Below are positions 1 through 10,393 of a stretch of DNA of 64,000 nt, in pieces. Under the pieces are notes generated by a model. The model ran no database searches. It was not told where the DNA came from and was given only the letters and a program-made list of their open reading frames with translations. The stretch is from a virus. Position 1 is the first letter of the stretch, and each line of letters begins with the position of its first letter. Made by a program: the position numbers and the translations under genes. Location: the IMG/VR virus record IMGVR_UViG_3300009008_000003. One strand, written 5' to 3'.

Positions 1-37
1 TTTTATAGGAGATATAGAAGCTTTTACTGAATGTCCC

Positions 38-802
38 GTGGTTGCTTCTTTTGCAACTGATAATCATTTCCAGGATTGTATAATTTGCTCTGGAAACGAT
101 AATGGTTTATACTTAGGTAGTGATTCTTCAGGAACATTTACTAGCGGTATTATAGAAAATTGTACATTTTATACTTTTAGTGGTAGTGCAATTCGTTTTA
201 ACAACGATGGTACAGAGCCATTAATACAAAATACAATAATACGAAATAACGTTATTTGGGATACGGGGGATTATGCATTAGGAATGGCGGGAGCTAGCGG
301 TACACACATATATAACAATGTAATGTATGATTGTTATCAGGGTATATACTTTGGGGATCATGATCAATATGATATTAAATTTTATAATAATACTATAAAT
401 CATACTACTGTGGGTACCCCAGTTATTTATATACATGATTCTTATTCCCATAACTTAGAAATTATAAATAATATTGTAGCAGATTTAGAAGGCGCCTGGG
501 CTACGCCTATTCTTAATTTACCTGCCTCTGTTACACCGCCGGCGTCTGCAACTATTACTTATAACTTCATAGGCGGTGGATTGCCGTTTACATATGATTC
601 CAGCAATATAACATCAGGGGATACAGGTGAGCGTGATCCAGGTTTTGTAGATGCAGATTTAAATATTTATACACTTAATCCTTTATCTTGTTGCGTAGGT
701 TCAGCAACTGCCACAGTGTCTGGAATTCGTTCAACAGACTTTTATGGTCGTGACCCCGGAACTGATAATTGGGATATAGGAGCTTTTGAATTTAGGAATT
801 AA
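38..802 (+). CDS. Right-handed beta-helix (pectin lyase-like) protein, probable virion/tail-associated; may be 5' partial
   Basis: Repeated I.NC.F / I.NN.I parallel beta-helix units; C-terminal DIGAFEF motif typical of these proteins. Confidence 0.7.
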   Translation: MVASFATDNHFQDCIICSGNDNGLYLGSDSSGTFTSGIIENCTFYTFSGSAIRFNNDGTEPLIQNTIIRNNVIWDTGDYALGMAGASGTHIYNNVMYDCYQGIYFGDHDQYDIKFYNNTINHTTVGTPVIYIHDSYSHNLEIINNIVADLEGAWATPILNLPASVTPPASATITYNFIGGGLPFTYDSSNITSGDTGERDPGFVDADLNIYTLNPLSCCVGSATATVSGIRSTDFYGRDPGTDNWDIGAFEFRN

Positions 803-804
803 TT

Positions 805-1503
805 ATGGGTTTATTTACGCCAATAAAATCTACACTTTGCCCGGATGTGTTTAATAAACAAGACAAATTAAACACGTATGTACGCAAAGTATTGATGCAG
901 GGAGCTTTAACTATAGTGGCGCAAGAGCATATAGGTGGCATTTTCCTTCGTGGTTCTGTTATAGATTATAAATGGTCGGCCACCTCTGATATAGATGTTA
1001 ATGTATTGCTTAAACAGGAATATGCCGAACTTAAACCGCAGTATCATAAATTATCCAAATTGGCTAGTGGTAAAGCATTTATTAAAAGTCATCCAATTAA
1101 CTATTTTGTAGATATAATGCCAGATGAATGGAACATGGTGCATCTACGTCGATTATACGACGTATTGAATAACAAATGGGTAGCTAAGCCCTTGCGTGCA
1201 AATGCCATAACTCGCGAGAAGGCACTAGAAATTGCTTCACCTATTGCTAGTATAGCGGCTGGTAATTCTGAGCTACAAATAGACCAACTTGCAGCAGCAA
1301 TTAGGTCTGGTAATATGGATAGAATTTTACACGAGGCAAAAGACGTAAAAGATTTTTATAAAAAATTGGACAGATTACGCAAGCGTGGTTATAATATAGG
1401 AGCAGGCACACAATCTTATCAGAATGCTTTGTATAAGTATGTGGAGCACGAAGGTAAATATCCTGGCTTGTTAGGAAAGCTTTACGAGCTGCTTAGGAAA
1501 TAA
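805..1503 (+). CDS. Pol-beta superfamily nucleotidyltransferase
   Basis: hG[S]..DxD signature: IFLRGS...SDIDVNVL; third acidic position in INYFVD. Confidence 0.7.
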   Translation: MGLFTPIKSTLCPDVFNKQDKLNTYVRKVLMQGALTIVAQEHIGGIFLRGSVIDYKWSATSDIDVNVLLKQEYAELKPQYHKLSKLASGKAFIKSHPINYFVDIMPDEWNMVHLRRLYDVLNNKWVAKPLRANAITREKALEIASPIASIAAGNSELQIDQLAAAIRSGNMDRILHEAKDVKDFYKKLDRLRKRGYNIGAGTQSYQNALYKYVEHEGKYPGLLGKLYELLRK

Positions 1504-1506
1504 ATA

Positions 1507-2859
1507 ATGTCAAACGAAGTTGTAGAACGCTATAAAAAATCTAGACAGGGCTTACTAGTTGTAAGACCTACTGGGTCTGGTAAGACCAGGCTTGCCCTTA
1601 AAGCTACCCGCGAAGCGCCCAAGAACACTGTCGTAGGCACAGCTTCTTTGACTAAGAATTTTACTAACGAAGAACTAAAGGTATTCAAAAAAGAGACGCC
1701 TAGAAAAGTTACAACTTATTCTAGCGTAGCTAGAGGAAAAGAGCTGGCTGGTGGTGATAATTTAATACTAGATGAATCTCATTATATAAGGAATCCTCAA
1801 ACTAGTACTGCTAAAAACTTAAAAGAACAAAGAAGCAAGTATAATAAGGCGCTTCTTTTAACAGCTACTCCAATAGTTAATGAGCCCTATGACTTAGCTT
1901 CACAAGTTAATTTGGTAGCAAACCGTGAGGTAATGCCAAAAATAAGAAAAGAGTTTTATAATAAGTATTATAAGGATGTTCGTGTAAAACCGGGTATTTG
2001 GGGCAGATTACTGGGAGTTAAATCTGGTACTGTCCGGAAGTTAAGAAGCGCCGATAAAGTAAGATCAGATGCGGCTCATTTGGTGGATATTGCTCCTAAG
2101 AAAGAGTTTGAAAAGTATATGCCTAAGACAAAGCATGAAAAAGTTCACGTGCCAATGTCTTCAGAACAAATTAAATTATATAAGTATGTAGAAGGCAAAC
2201 TGCCGTATCATATACGCTATAAAATTAAAAAAGGCTTACCACCCTCAAAGACTGAAGCCAAGAATTTAAATGCTTATATGTCTGGTTTACGGCAGACCTC
2301 GAATACCACAGCCAATTTTGTTAAAGGCGATGTAAAGCCCGTTAGCTCTAAAATGGATAAAATTATAGACGATATACAGGCAGAAGTTAATAAAAAAGGT
2401 AAGGTGATTACTTATTCTAATTTCTTGGGTTCTGGAACCAGCAGGATCAAATCCAGATTAGATGCTAAGGGCATAAGTTATAGCGAAGTGCATGGAGCAC
2501 TAAGCAAAAAAGAACGTGCTGCACAGGTAAAGAAATACACAGATAAGAATAAAACGAACGTATTTGTATTTAGTGGCGCTGGTTCAGAGGGTATTAATTT
2601 ACCTAAAACCACTATGGTTCAAATAACAGAACCACACTGGAACAATGCTCGTGTATATCAGGCGGCTTCTCGTGGAGTTCGTAGAGGAGACGATCCTAAT
2701 AGAACAGTAAATGTTAAGCATTATTTATCTACGTTTCCTAAATCAAGGTTAAACAGGATGGGATTTGGTAAACCTAGAAAATCTGCAGACCAATATTTAC
2801 ATGAATTAAGTCAGCGTAAAAAAGAAGAATCGGCCAATATATTGAAAGCTTTGGAATGA
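1507..2859 (+). CDS. SNF2/SF2 helicase-like ATPase
   Basis: Walker A PTGSGKT, DESH, TATP, C-terminal GSEGINL and QAASRGVR motifs. Confidence 0.85.
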   Translation: MSNEVVERYKKSRQGLLVVRPTGSGKTRLALKATREAPKNTVVGTASLTKNFTNEELKVFKKETPRKVTTYSSVARGKELAGGDNLILDESHYIRNPQTSTAKNLKEQRSKYNKALLLTATPIVNEPYDLASQVNLVANREVMPKIRKEFYNKYYKDVRVKPGIWGRLLGVKSGTVRKLRSADKVRSDAAHLVDIAPKKEFEKYMPKTKHEKVHVPMSSEQIKLYKYVEGKLPYHIRYKIKKGLPPSKTEAKNLNAYMSGLRQTSNTTANFVKGDVKPVSSKMDKIIDDIQAEVNKKGKVITYSNFLGSGTSRIKSRLDAKGISYSEVHGALSKKERAAQVKKYTDKNKTNVFVFSGAGSEGINLPKTTMVQITEPHWNNARVYQAASRGVRRGDDPNRTVNVKHYLSTFPKSRLNRMGFGKPRKSADQYLHELSQRKKEESANILKALE

Positions 2860-4190
2860 AAGAATACGCTCCAGGACTTCCTAACTCCAAGATAACCACA
2901 CCTGTTCCGTTATCTACTTATAAAACATGGGATTATACTATACAGAAACATCAGGCCGACAAGGCTGGGCTACACTATGATTTGCGTATTGCTAGCCCTG
3001 CTGGCGTAGCTCATTCTTGGGCAACTCGTAATTTGCCCGTTCCCGGGCAAAAAGTGCTTGCTGTAGAGCAGCCAGACCACACTGTTGAATATATGAAATT
3101 TTCAGGTAACCTAAAGGGCGGTTATGGAAAAGGACGTGTAGACGTAATAGAAGCTGGAAAAATGGAAGTATTGGAATCCAGCTCTGGTAAAATTGTTTTT
3201 AATATTTATAAAGGGGCGGACACACAACGTTATGTGTTGCTAAGAACGAATGGTAAGAATTGGCTTTTCTACAATACGACTAATACGAGAGATCGTGTCA
3301 AAATACCAGACAAGAAGAGGTCTTATAAAGAAATAAAAATAGAGGATTTAGACCCAAATAAACCTGACACGATATGGTCTCCTAAAATAGACGGTGCTCA
3401 TAATCTCTTTTACTTAAAAAAAGGTCGTCGACCCGAAGTCTTCTCGTACAGAGTATCGAGAAGGGATAAGAATAAGCTCATAGAGCATACTTATAAAACT
3501 GATCTTTATAAGCAAAGGGTTCCAGATTCGCTCGGGGAAACAATTCTCCGGGGTGAACTATATGCCACAGACGAAAGAGGCAAAGTAAAGACCAGCGCGG
3601 AAACTGCCGGAATACTTAACTCAAATGTTTGGAAAGCCCGATCCGGAAAGCTATCCGGAAATTTCCGGGTAGAGCACGTTGTATTCGATATAGACAAGTA
3701 TCGTGGCAAAGATGTAAGCGATGCCCCTTATAGCCAGAAACTTTTAATGCTTAAAGAGGTGCAAAAGGAAATGCCTGCTATTAAATTGGCACCTATGGTA
3801 TCTACTCCTGCACAGAAGGAACATCTTTTAAAGAACATAAAAGCAGGTACTAATCCTTTAAGCCGTGAGGGCATAATTGAAATTGATTTAAATAAATCAA
3901 CGCCAATTAAAGCTAAAATAAAAAAAGATATAGATGTATTTGTAGTTAGTGTATTTTCAGGTTCTGGTAAGTATTCAGGCAACGCGGCTGGTGGGTTTTT
4001 GGCGTCTCGTACGCACGGAGGCGCGGCTACTATAAGAGTTGGCAGCGGCTTTACAGATGCTGAACGGATACATATGTGGAACAACCGCACAAAATACGTT
4101 GGGCGATTAGCAAAAATAGAGATTCAAGATGAGCTGCCATCCGGAAAAGTGCGTGCTCCGGTGTTTAAAGAATGGCGTAGCTATATCTAA
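2856..4190 (+). CDS. ATP-dependent DNA ligase with N-terminal LigD 3'-phosphoesterase domain
   Basis: N-term IQKH.A...HYDLRI...HSWA...LAVEQPDH (LigD PE); ligase motif I KIDG, EGII, OB-fold VGSGF and R.PVF. Confidence 0.85.
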   Translation: MKEYAPGLPNSKITTPVPLSTYKTWDYTIQKHQADKAGLHYDLRIASPAGVAHSWATRNLPVPGQKVLAVEQPDHTVEYMKFSGNLKGGYGKGRVDVIEAGKMEVLESSSGKIVFNIYKGADTQRYVLLRTNGKNWLFYNTTNTRDRVKIPDKKRSYKEIKIEDLDPNKPDTIWSPKIDGAHNLFYLKKGRRPEVFSYRVSRRDKNKLIEHTYKTDLYKQRVPDSLGETILRGELYATDERGKVKTSAETAGILNSNVWKARSGKLSGNFRVEHVVFDIDKYRGKDVSDAPYSQKLLMLKEVQKEMPAIKLAPMVSTPAQKEHLLKNIKAGTNPLSREGIIEIDLNKSTPIKAKIKKDIDVFVVSVFSGSGKYSGNAAGGFLASRTHGGAATIRVGSGFTDAERIHMWNNRTKYVGRLAKIEIQDELPSGKVRAPVFKEWRSYI

Positions 4191-4195
4191 AAAAC

Positions 4196-4223
4196 TTGAC
4201 AAAGTCTAGTAAATTCGTATACT
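4196..4223 (+). promoter_or_regulatory. sigma70-type promoter upstream of the tail operon
   Basis: TTGACA-16 nt-TATACT just upstream of the GTG start at 4236. Confidence 0.6.
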
Positions 4224-4235
4224 TAACAAGTAGAG

Positions 4236-5363
4236 GTGCATACTGTGAGCGTGGTAATAGATGTAAAACATAAAATCTTGTCATTTTTACAGACTTACTT
4301 CGCGAATAAGAGTAGTGCCTATCCGTGGTCTTCGACATATTCTCAAAGTAAGATTGTAATTGCAGATAAATTTGCAGTAGATTTAGAGTCTATTCAAAAG
4401 AAACCTGCGATTATAATGGCTCGTGGCCAAACTCGTTGGGCTAAGCTTACGCTAGATCAGCGAGATTCTTCTAGTATAACTACTCACGATAAGGTCTTTA
4501 AAGACTTGGTGAGGGTGTCCTTTACCTTAAATGTATTAGGTAAAAATGGAATAGCGCTAGAAAATATAGCTGGTACTTTATTTGATATTTTAGTTGGGTA
4601 TAAAGACGTCCTAAAGGAAGTTGGAATACACCAAATCAATGCCATTGAGGTTGGCCAAGAAGAGGCTGTACAGGTTACTTCGGAAATTGATTTAACTAGG
4701 GTACCTGTTAGTGTAGTTGTTTCTATGGCTAGGAAAGTATCTTCTTACGAGGATTTTTTCTGCTCTACGGTAACAGCTTCTGGTGAAACTTTGCCAGAGA
4801 CAGAAAAAGTTGACTATGATATAGTTGGCCAAACTATTGTTTTTTATACAGCGTCTGGCGTGGAAGGTGAAGAAACATATTCTATAAATTATTTAGATAA
4901 TGTGGATCTTTCAGAGCATACAGAAACGTTAGCTCCATCAGGAGTAGGTTATTATCTACCATTAACGTTTCCAGCTTTTGCAAGCTCTGGAGTTGAAGTT
5001 AGGGCTTCTAATTCTTCTGCCGTGGATCATATAGAATATTTAATTAGTGGAAATTATATAACCACTATAGAAAATCCATCAGATGCTACCGAAATAACAA
5101 ATATTAAATTAGCCAGTGGGTATGTAGTTGGCTTGCCAAGCGGTGTAACCGCTGATAATATTTATGATGTATTTAAAGTAAATTATTATTTAGATGCTGA
5201 TACTCACGTACAACGATATATACTATTAAGATCGGGTACAGTAGATTATGCCGGTTCTGGTATTTATGGTGATTATTACGCGGGTAGTTGGGGATATGAC
5301 TCAGATGAAACACTTTCTACTTATACTTATGTGAGTGGTATAGTAGGAGTTATTAGTAATTGA
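4236..5363 (+). CDS. Putative tail completion/terminator protein
   Basis: Position directly upstream of sheath and tube; beta-rich N-terminal domain; inferred mostly from synteny. Confidence 0.45.
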   Translation: MHTVSVVIDVKHKILSFLQTYFANKSSAYPWSSTYSQSKIVIADKFAVDLESIQKKPAIIMARGQTRWAKLTLDQRDSSSITTHDKVFKDLVRVSFTLNVLGKNGIALENIAGTLFDILVGYKDVLKEVGIHQINAIEVGQEEAVQVTSEIDLTRVPVSVVVSMARKVSSYEDFFCSTVTASGETLPETEKVDYDIVGQTIVFYTASGVEGEETYSINYLDNVDLSEHTETLAPSGVGYYLPLTFPAFASSGVEVRASNSSAVDHIEYLISGNYITTIENPSDATEITNIKLASGYVVGLPSGVTADNIYDVFKVNYYLDADTHVQRYILLRSGTVDYAGSGIYGDYYAGSWGYDSDETLSTYTYVSGIVGVISN

Positions 5364-5382
5364 TTAAAATAGGAGACTTATA

Positions 5383-7017
5383 ATGTCTTATACAAAACCA
5401 GGTGTTGAAATTACCCAGGTTCAAAAAACTGTCTCTCCAAATCTGCAGGCACCTGCTTTACCTGTAGGGTTGATTGGTCCCGGTTATTATATAAGCCATG
5501 TCGTTGAAAATCCTGAATCTGCATTTATGCATAATGGTATAACTGTGGCTGGTACGGGTAGGCATACTATTGATTTAGAGGCTATCCGAACAAGTGGTTT
5601 AACTGATATGCCATCTGGATTAACAGCGCCAGATGCAATTTATGCTGGAGTATACGTAACCAATGCCGCTGCTGGCAGTTCTTACGCACAAACTATGATA
5701 CCGGTTATTTCTGGAACAACTTGCGATACTTTTGAGTATGATTCTGACGAAGAGCATTTTGTGATTTCCGGATTAGCGGGGGTTACTTCTGGTTTAGTTT
5801 ATATAGGATTCCGTTCTTTGCGTAACGACCAGGCAGGAGATGTAATAGAGTTTGATAGTGCTGATAAGATTGAATATAAATTAGGAGCTATATCAGTATT
5901 TAACCCATTGGCAAAAGCTGCTTATTTAGCTATGCAAGCTGCCGGTTCTTCGGTGTATGGCTTTGCTATTAGTGGACTTACAGCGGGTTATTGGACAGGA
6001 GGAGTTGGCGTAGGTAGTGGAAAATATGAAAATGTGGAAGCGTATAGTATGGTGCCCCTTACCCAGGCGGCTACCCAAACTACTGAAGTAGAATCTCATT
6101 GCACAAGCATGTCAACTGCCGCGAATAAAAAAGAACGTATTATGATTTATAGTCATGAGCTAACAGATACTGGTACAGCTAGTACGTGGGCTACGGCTAT
6201 AGCTTCTTATGCAGGCTCAGTCATGAATAAACGTTCTATTCACGTATGGCCTACTGTCATGTACATACGAGAGAGATTATTTAGTGCTCAATACAAGCCT
6301 TCTTATATTTCTTCGTACATGCAGCCGGTTCCTGAAACTACTCCTAGCACAACAATGCAGTATACTAACGCGCTGTTAACCGGTAATTTAACCCTAGCAG
6401 ATGGCACAAAGTATTATAAGGGTGAAGCAATTACAGCTGCTAATTGGAGCGGCCTATTCGCTGAATACCCATTCTTAACAGTAGATGTACCAGTACCTGG
6501 TTGGTATGGGGCAGCTATTGTAGCAGGCCAAATTGCTGGAGAGAACCCGGAGCAAAGTTTAACTAACTTACCCGTTCTCGGCATTAGCAAGCTAAAATAC
6601 GTTGCTGACCATTTCTCAGAATCACAATTGAACACAATTGCTGGCGGCGGTAATTACTTGTTCTGGCAAGCTAATGAGTACACTAGAGTAGTGTGTAGAC
6701 ATCAACTTTCTACAAATACAATGAGTACTGAAACAAAAGAACTTAGCATAACTAAGACAATTGATTATGTATCTAAGTTTGTTAGAACCTCATTGTTACC
6801 GTTCGTGGGAAGATGGAACATAAACGATAATTTAATTTCAATAGTATTCTCTCATATGAACGCAATCGGAGAATATTTAAAGAATAACGGAACAGTAGAC
6901 GACTTTGTGGTTGAGAAGGTAGAACAGGACGCTAATCAAAAAGACGTTCTAAGAGTTACCATAAACGTAAAACCACTTTATCCTGCTAATTACATCCGTG
7001 TAACTTTAACATTTTAA
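5383..7017 (+). CDS. Tail sheath protein
   Basis: Starts MSY.KPGV.I; sheath C-terminal domain (RHQLST...ELSITKTIDY...LRVTINVKPLYPANYIRVTL). Confidence 0.85.
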   Translation: MSYTKPGVEITQVQKTVSPNLQAPALPVGLIGPGYYISHVVENPESAFMHNGITVAGTGRHTIDLEAIRTSGLTDMPSGLTAPDAIYAGVYVTNAAAGSSYAQTMIPVISGTTCDTFEYDSDEEHFVISGLAGVTSGLVYIGFRSLRNDQAGDVIEFDSADKIEYKLGAISVFNPLAKAAYLAMQAAGSSVYGFAISGLTAGYWTGGVGVGSGKYENVEAYSMVPLTQAATQTTEVESHCTSMSTAANKKERIMIYSHELTDTGTASTWATAIASYAGSVMNKRSIHVWPTVMYIRERLFSAQYKPSYISSYMQPVPETTPSTTMQYTNALLTGNLTLADGTKYYKGEAITAANWSGLFAEYPFLTVDVPVPGWYGAAIVAGQIAGENPEQSLTNLPVLGISKLKYVADHFSESQLNTIAGGGNYLFWQANEYTRVVCRHQLSTNTMSTETKELSITKTIDYVSKFVRTSLLPFVGRWNINDNLISIVFSHMNAIGEYLKNNGTVDDFVVEKVEQDANQKDVLRVTINVKPLYPANYIRVTLTF

Positions 7018-7034
7018 ATAAAGGAGTAATATAA

Positions 7035-7664
7035 ATGCCATTAGATAATGATTATCCAGCAGTAAGTGATTGGACGCAGACATTTACTTCTAGACATGTG
7101 GATTCGGATGTAGAGGACGGGGAATTTATTTCCGGTGAATCTATCGTTGTTGCTGCTTTACAAGATGACGGTAATCCACAAAGTCCGGCTGAATATATTG
7201 CTATTGGTTTGTTAGAAACTGGACAACTTAGACAGGATAAACAGATTCAACAACTTTTCGAGTTGGGGTCTGCCTTGCCTTATTTCGTACCAGGTCATAC
7301 TATGATTTCTATGTCATTAAACAGAGTTATGTTTAATGGTGAATCTCTATTAAGAGTTTTATATGGTGATCGTAGCGCTACTGGCATAAACCCAGCTCCC
7401 GGAGCTCAGTTAAGTCTGCACGACGATAGGCAAGTTGGGTTTTATGTGAATTTAGCTTCTACGTTCTTTAATTCACCTACTACTCTTGGTTTTTTCATGT
7501 GTGATAACAATAATAACTTCGTTGGAGGCTTTGGTCTCGAAGGCTGTTATGTACAAAGCCATGTTTTAGCATTCAGTAGCAGGCAAGTTGTCATTGCAGA
7601 AAACGTTGCTATTAGGGCAACTAAGTTGATTGGATTCAGCACTGCGGTGCCTTCGGGTACTTAA
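7035..7664 (+). CDS. Tail tube protein
   Basis: About 200 aa, follows the sheath; QQLFELGS...YFVPG pattern seen in contractile tail tubes. Confidence 0.7.
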   Translation: MPLDNDYPAVSDWTQTFTSRHVDSDVEDGEFISGESIVVAALQDDGNPQSPAEYIAIGLLETGQLRQDKQIQQLFELGSALPYFVPGHTMISMSLNRVMFNGESLLRVLYGDRSATGINPAPGAQLSLHDDRQVGFYVNLASTFFNSPTTLGFFMCDNNNNFVGGFGLEGCYVQSHVLAFSSRQVVIAENVAIRATKLIGFSTAVPSGT

Positions 7665-7667
7665 GAT

Positions 7668-7703
7668 AAAAAAGAAAGGCGGGTTAATCCCCGCCTTTTT
7701 TTA
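7668..7703. terminator. Bidirectional intrinsic terminator between convergent blocks
   Basis: A-tract, AAAGGCGGG-TTAATC-CCCGCCTTT hairpin, T-tract. Confidence 0.85.
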
Positions 7704-8576
7704 TTTTTTATCTTTTATTTCTGGGTCGTATCTAGCATACAAATCCATAAATTCATCACAATCCCAGCAACGATCACCCCCTATCGCTGTTATAGAATCT
7801 CGCATGATACCCTCTTCTTCGTTGTATCTCTTCTTGCCCTTTGTTGTTGAAAAACCATAGATCTTTATACCTATTTCTGACATTTTGTTGCGCGTTTCTT
7901 TAGTAGATTTAAAGAACGACCCGCGAAATGTTGCGTACTTTGTTATGAATTCTTTTTCTTGTAAGAATCCACCTATACTTATAGCTACTATTTTATAAGT
8001 ATCATTGTTATCTTTTACATCTTTTAAGCTATGATACGCATACTGTGGCCACCGATTTTTGGGGTTAGTTGTGCAACCACATTTTATAGGTGCACCATTT
8101 GCTCGGTCTTGTATCCAATATACGATCTCATCCCACAGCCGTTTATCCATACCAGTTAATAGACAATACTCGTTTAACATATTATTAACTTTAGCCCATA
8201 CTCCGCCAGCTATAAGGTATTGGAATAGGTTTGTGTAGCTTTTAAAGCTGAAATCCGTCATGTCAGGTACCGGCCCGTGATTGCTCTTCCTACAGCCTCT
8301 TAGATATTCTATACACGCGCTTACGTATGTGATGGTAATTGGAGCTCCATTTATTCTTCCATGAGTCTCCGGGCTCTCTGCTGCCCTATTAAGAATTGTT
8401 TTCATGGACTCGCCTTTATTCTTGCGAGAACCAACACTTATTCTTCTATAGTCGCCTTTTTTACGAGTTTCAACTTTTGTAAATGTTACAAAGTCTCTCA
8501 TCTTCTCGATTTGTTTTTGAAGATTGAACATGATAATTTTCTTTCTTATAATTGTTTTTAAACTCAATGAATCCAA
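7701..8576 (-). CDS. Hypothetical protein
   Basis: 291-aa ORF overlapping the polymerase stop; no recognised motif. Confidence 0.6.
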   Translation of the reverse strand: MDSLSLKTIIRKKIIMFNLQKQIEKMRDFVTFTKVETRKKGDYRRISVGSRKNKGESMKTILNRAAESPETHGRINGAPITITYVSACIEYLRGCRKSNHGPVPDMTDFSFKSYTNLFQYLIAGGVWAKVNNMLNEYCLLTGMDKRLWDEIVYWIQDRANGAPIKCGCTTNPKNRWPQYAYHSLKDVKDNNDTYKIVAISIGGFLQEKEFITKYATFRGSFFKSTKETRNKMSEIGIKIYGFSTTKGKKRYNEEEGIMRDSITAIGGDRCWDCDEFMDLYARYDPEIKDKK

Positions 8577-10393
8577 CAGTCTCCAACATTTGATTCCGCA
8601 ACCATTGGGACTGTTTTGATTAATTCGTACGCTGCTTGTACCATCTCATTTTCTATGAGGGCGCAAACTTCGTCTACTTGCGATGCATGTACTTCAACTA
8701 AAATTTCATCGTGAACTACATTTATAATTTTTGCATCAAAATCATTCTCTTCTAGTTTACTCTTTACCCTATACAATGCTATTTTTGTTATCGTTGCATT
8801 GCCCCCTTGGAATGGTAGGTTCTTTGCTTCATTTGAAGCATGTGCTTTTTCTGATGGTACTCCCCAGTCAGTGTGTGTTAAGTAACGTCTTCTTCCATCT
8901 AACGGGCTATAGGCGTACCCATTTTTCTCAGCATCTTTTACTAGTTTGTCTAGTAACTCTTTAATAGCCGGGAATTTTTCCCAGAATTGATTTAACAGTT
9001 TCTGTGCTTTTCTTTGCTCAATATCTAATTCCTTAGCTAGGCGGTGCGCGCCCATACCATAAGCAACCCCGAAATTAATTGACTTGGCTTGTTGCCTAAG
9101 TTCTTTATATTTTTTCTTAATTACATTATTTTCAGTCAATTCTTTATACTCTATCTCGAAAATAACCGAAGCGACATAACTATGCAAGTCATAACCTTTT
9201 TCAAGTGCTTCCATCCAACCTGCTTCTTGTGATAGTTCAGCAATTTCACGAAGTTCGCATCCTGCATAGTCGGCAGCTATTATTTTATAACCATCAGGGG
9301 CAACAAAGGCTGCTCGGTATTCACTTGCTCTTGGTATGTTTTGCATGTTAGGATCGCTGCTGGAATATCTTCCTGTAACGGCTCTTACCTGGTTGAAGTT
9401 GGCATGTACGCGCCCGGTATCGGCTCTTACATGTTTATCGTAGAATACTGTGCCGTATGTACTTATTTTTTTAGCAGCTTTTCTCCAAGCTAATACTCCA
9501 GATACTATTTCGTTACTTGAATATCTTTTTAGTACCTCATCCCCGGTACCGGGTAAGGCATGTCCTACAGCCTTTTCTAAAACCGGTTTTACCTGCAACG
9601 GTGAGCCGTAATTTATCACTTTTTTAAAAGCATCCCCGAAATCCAGCTCTCCTTGTGCTGGTTTATCTACTAACGGCTCTACCAACTTATCTAGCTCTAT
9701 GCGTATTTTTTCTTCTTCTTCCTTAGCTATGGTTTCCAGCGCTTGCCATTTAACTTTATCTAGCTTAATACCATTAAGTTCCATATCACCGGTAACTGCT
9801 ATAGCTTGGCATTCTATTTCAAGTAATCTTAATACTTTCGGATCTCTTAGTTCTCTTGCGAATCCTAACTGTCTTTTAAATAAGGGGATAAGTACTTCTA
9901 CATCGTAAGCGGCATATTCTATTTGTTCATCAGTAAATGTATCACCATAAGACATATCCTGAAAAGATGATCTCTCTTCTTTGGACATTGGTCTATTTTC
10001 AGGTAACCACCTTTCTACTAGATCTGCTAAACCGAAGCCTTTTTGCCTCCTACCCTTATTGAGAATATGTTCAATTATAAAGGTATCTCTCATATGCTTT
10101 AGCTCTACGCCAAAGTTTGTTTTGATCATTTTATAATCAAATTTTATATTCTGTCCTATCCATCTTATTTTTGGGTGGGCTAAGAATTCGCCAAGTTTAA
10201 TATATTCTAAAGCACTAAGCCGAGCAACATCGAATACGTATTGGTGTTCGACGGTGCCGGCTTGTACTAAAAGTATTTTATCTGTTAATGCATCAAGTCC
10301 TGTAGTTTCTGTGTCTAGCCCTAGTGCTGGATATTTATCCAGCCAGTCTAGTGCGGCTTGTAGCTCTTTTCCATTACGTACTTCATATTTCAT
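8564..10393 (-). CDS. polA: DNA polymerase family A with 3'-5' exonuclease (no 5'-3' exonuclease)
   Basis: Exo I LDTET, motif A ADYAGCELR, motif B RQQAKSINFGVAYG, motif C VHDE. Confidence 0.95.
   Translation of the reverse strand: MKYEVRNGKELQAALDWLDKYPALGLDTETTGLDALTDKILLVQAGTVEHQYVFDVARLSALEYIKLGEFLAHPKIRWIGQNIKFDYKMIKTNFGVELKHMRDTFIIEHILNKGRRQKGFGLADLVERWLPENRPMSKEERSSFQDMSYGDTFTDEQIEYAAYDVEVLIPLFKRQLGFARELRDPKVLRLLEIECQAIAVTGDMELNGIKLDKVKWQALETIAKEEEEKIRIELDKLVEPLVDKPAQGELDFGDAFKKVINYGSPLQVKPVLEKAVGHALPGTGDEVLKRYSSNEIVSGVLAWRKAAKKISTYGTVFYDKHVRADTGRVHANFNQVRAVTGRYSSSDPNMQNIPRASEYRAAFVAPDGYKIIAADYAGCELREIAELSQEAGWMEALEKGYDLHSYVASVIFEIEYKELTENNVIKKKYKELRQQAKSINFGVAYGMGAHRLAKELDIEQRKAQKLLNQFWEKFPAIKELLDKLVKDAEKNGYAYSPLDGRRRYLTHTDWGVPSEKAHASNEAKNLPFQGGNATITKIALYRVKSKLEENDFDAKIINVVHDEILVEVHASQVDEVCALIENEMVQAAYELIKTVPMVAESNVGDCWIH

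Noticed and set aside
3506-4090. Antisense ORFs such as 3506..3709, 3728..4090, 16438..17148, 30740..31033 and 54517..54984
   Set aside because: They lie opposite well-supported genes and have no motifs; they are shadow ORFs
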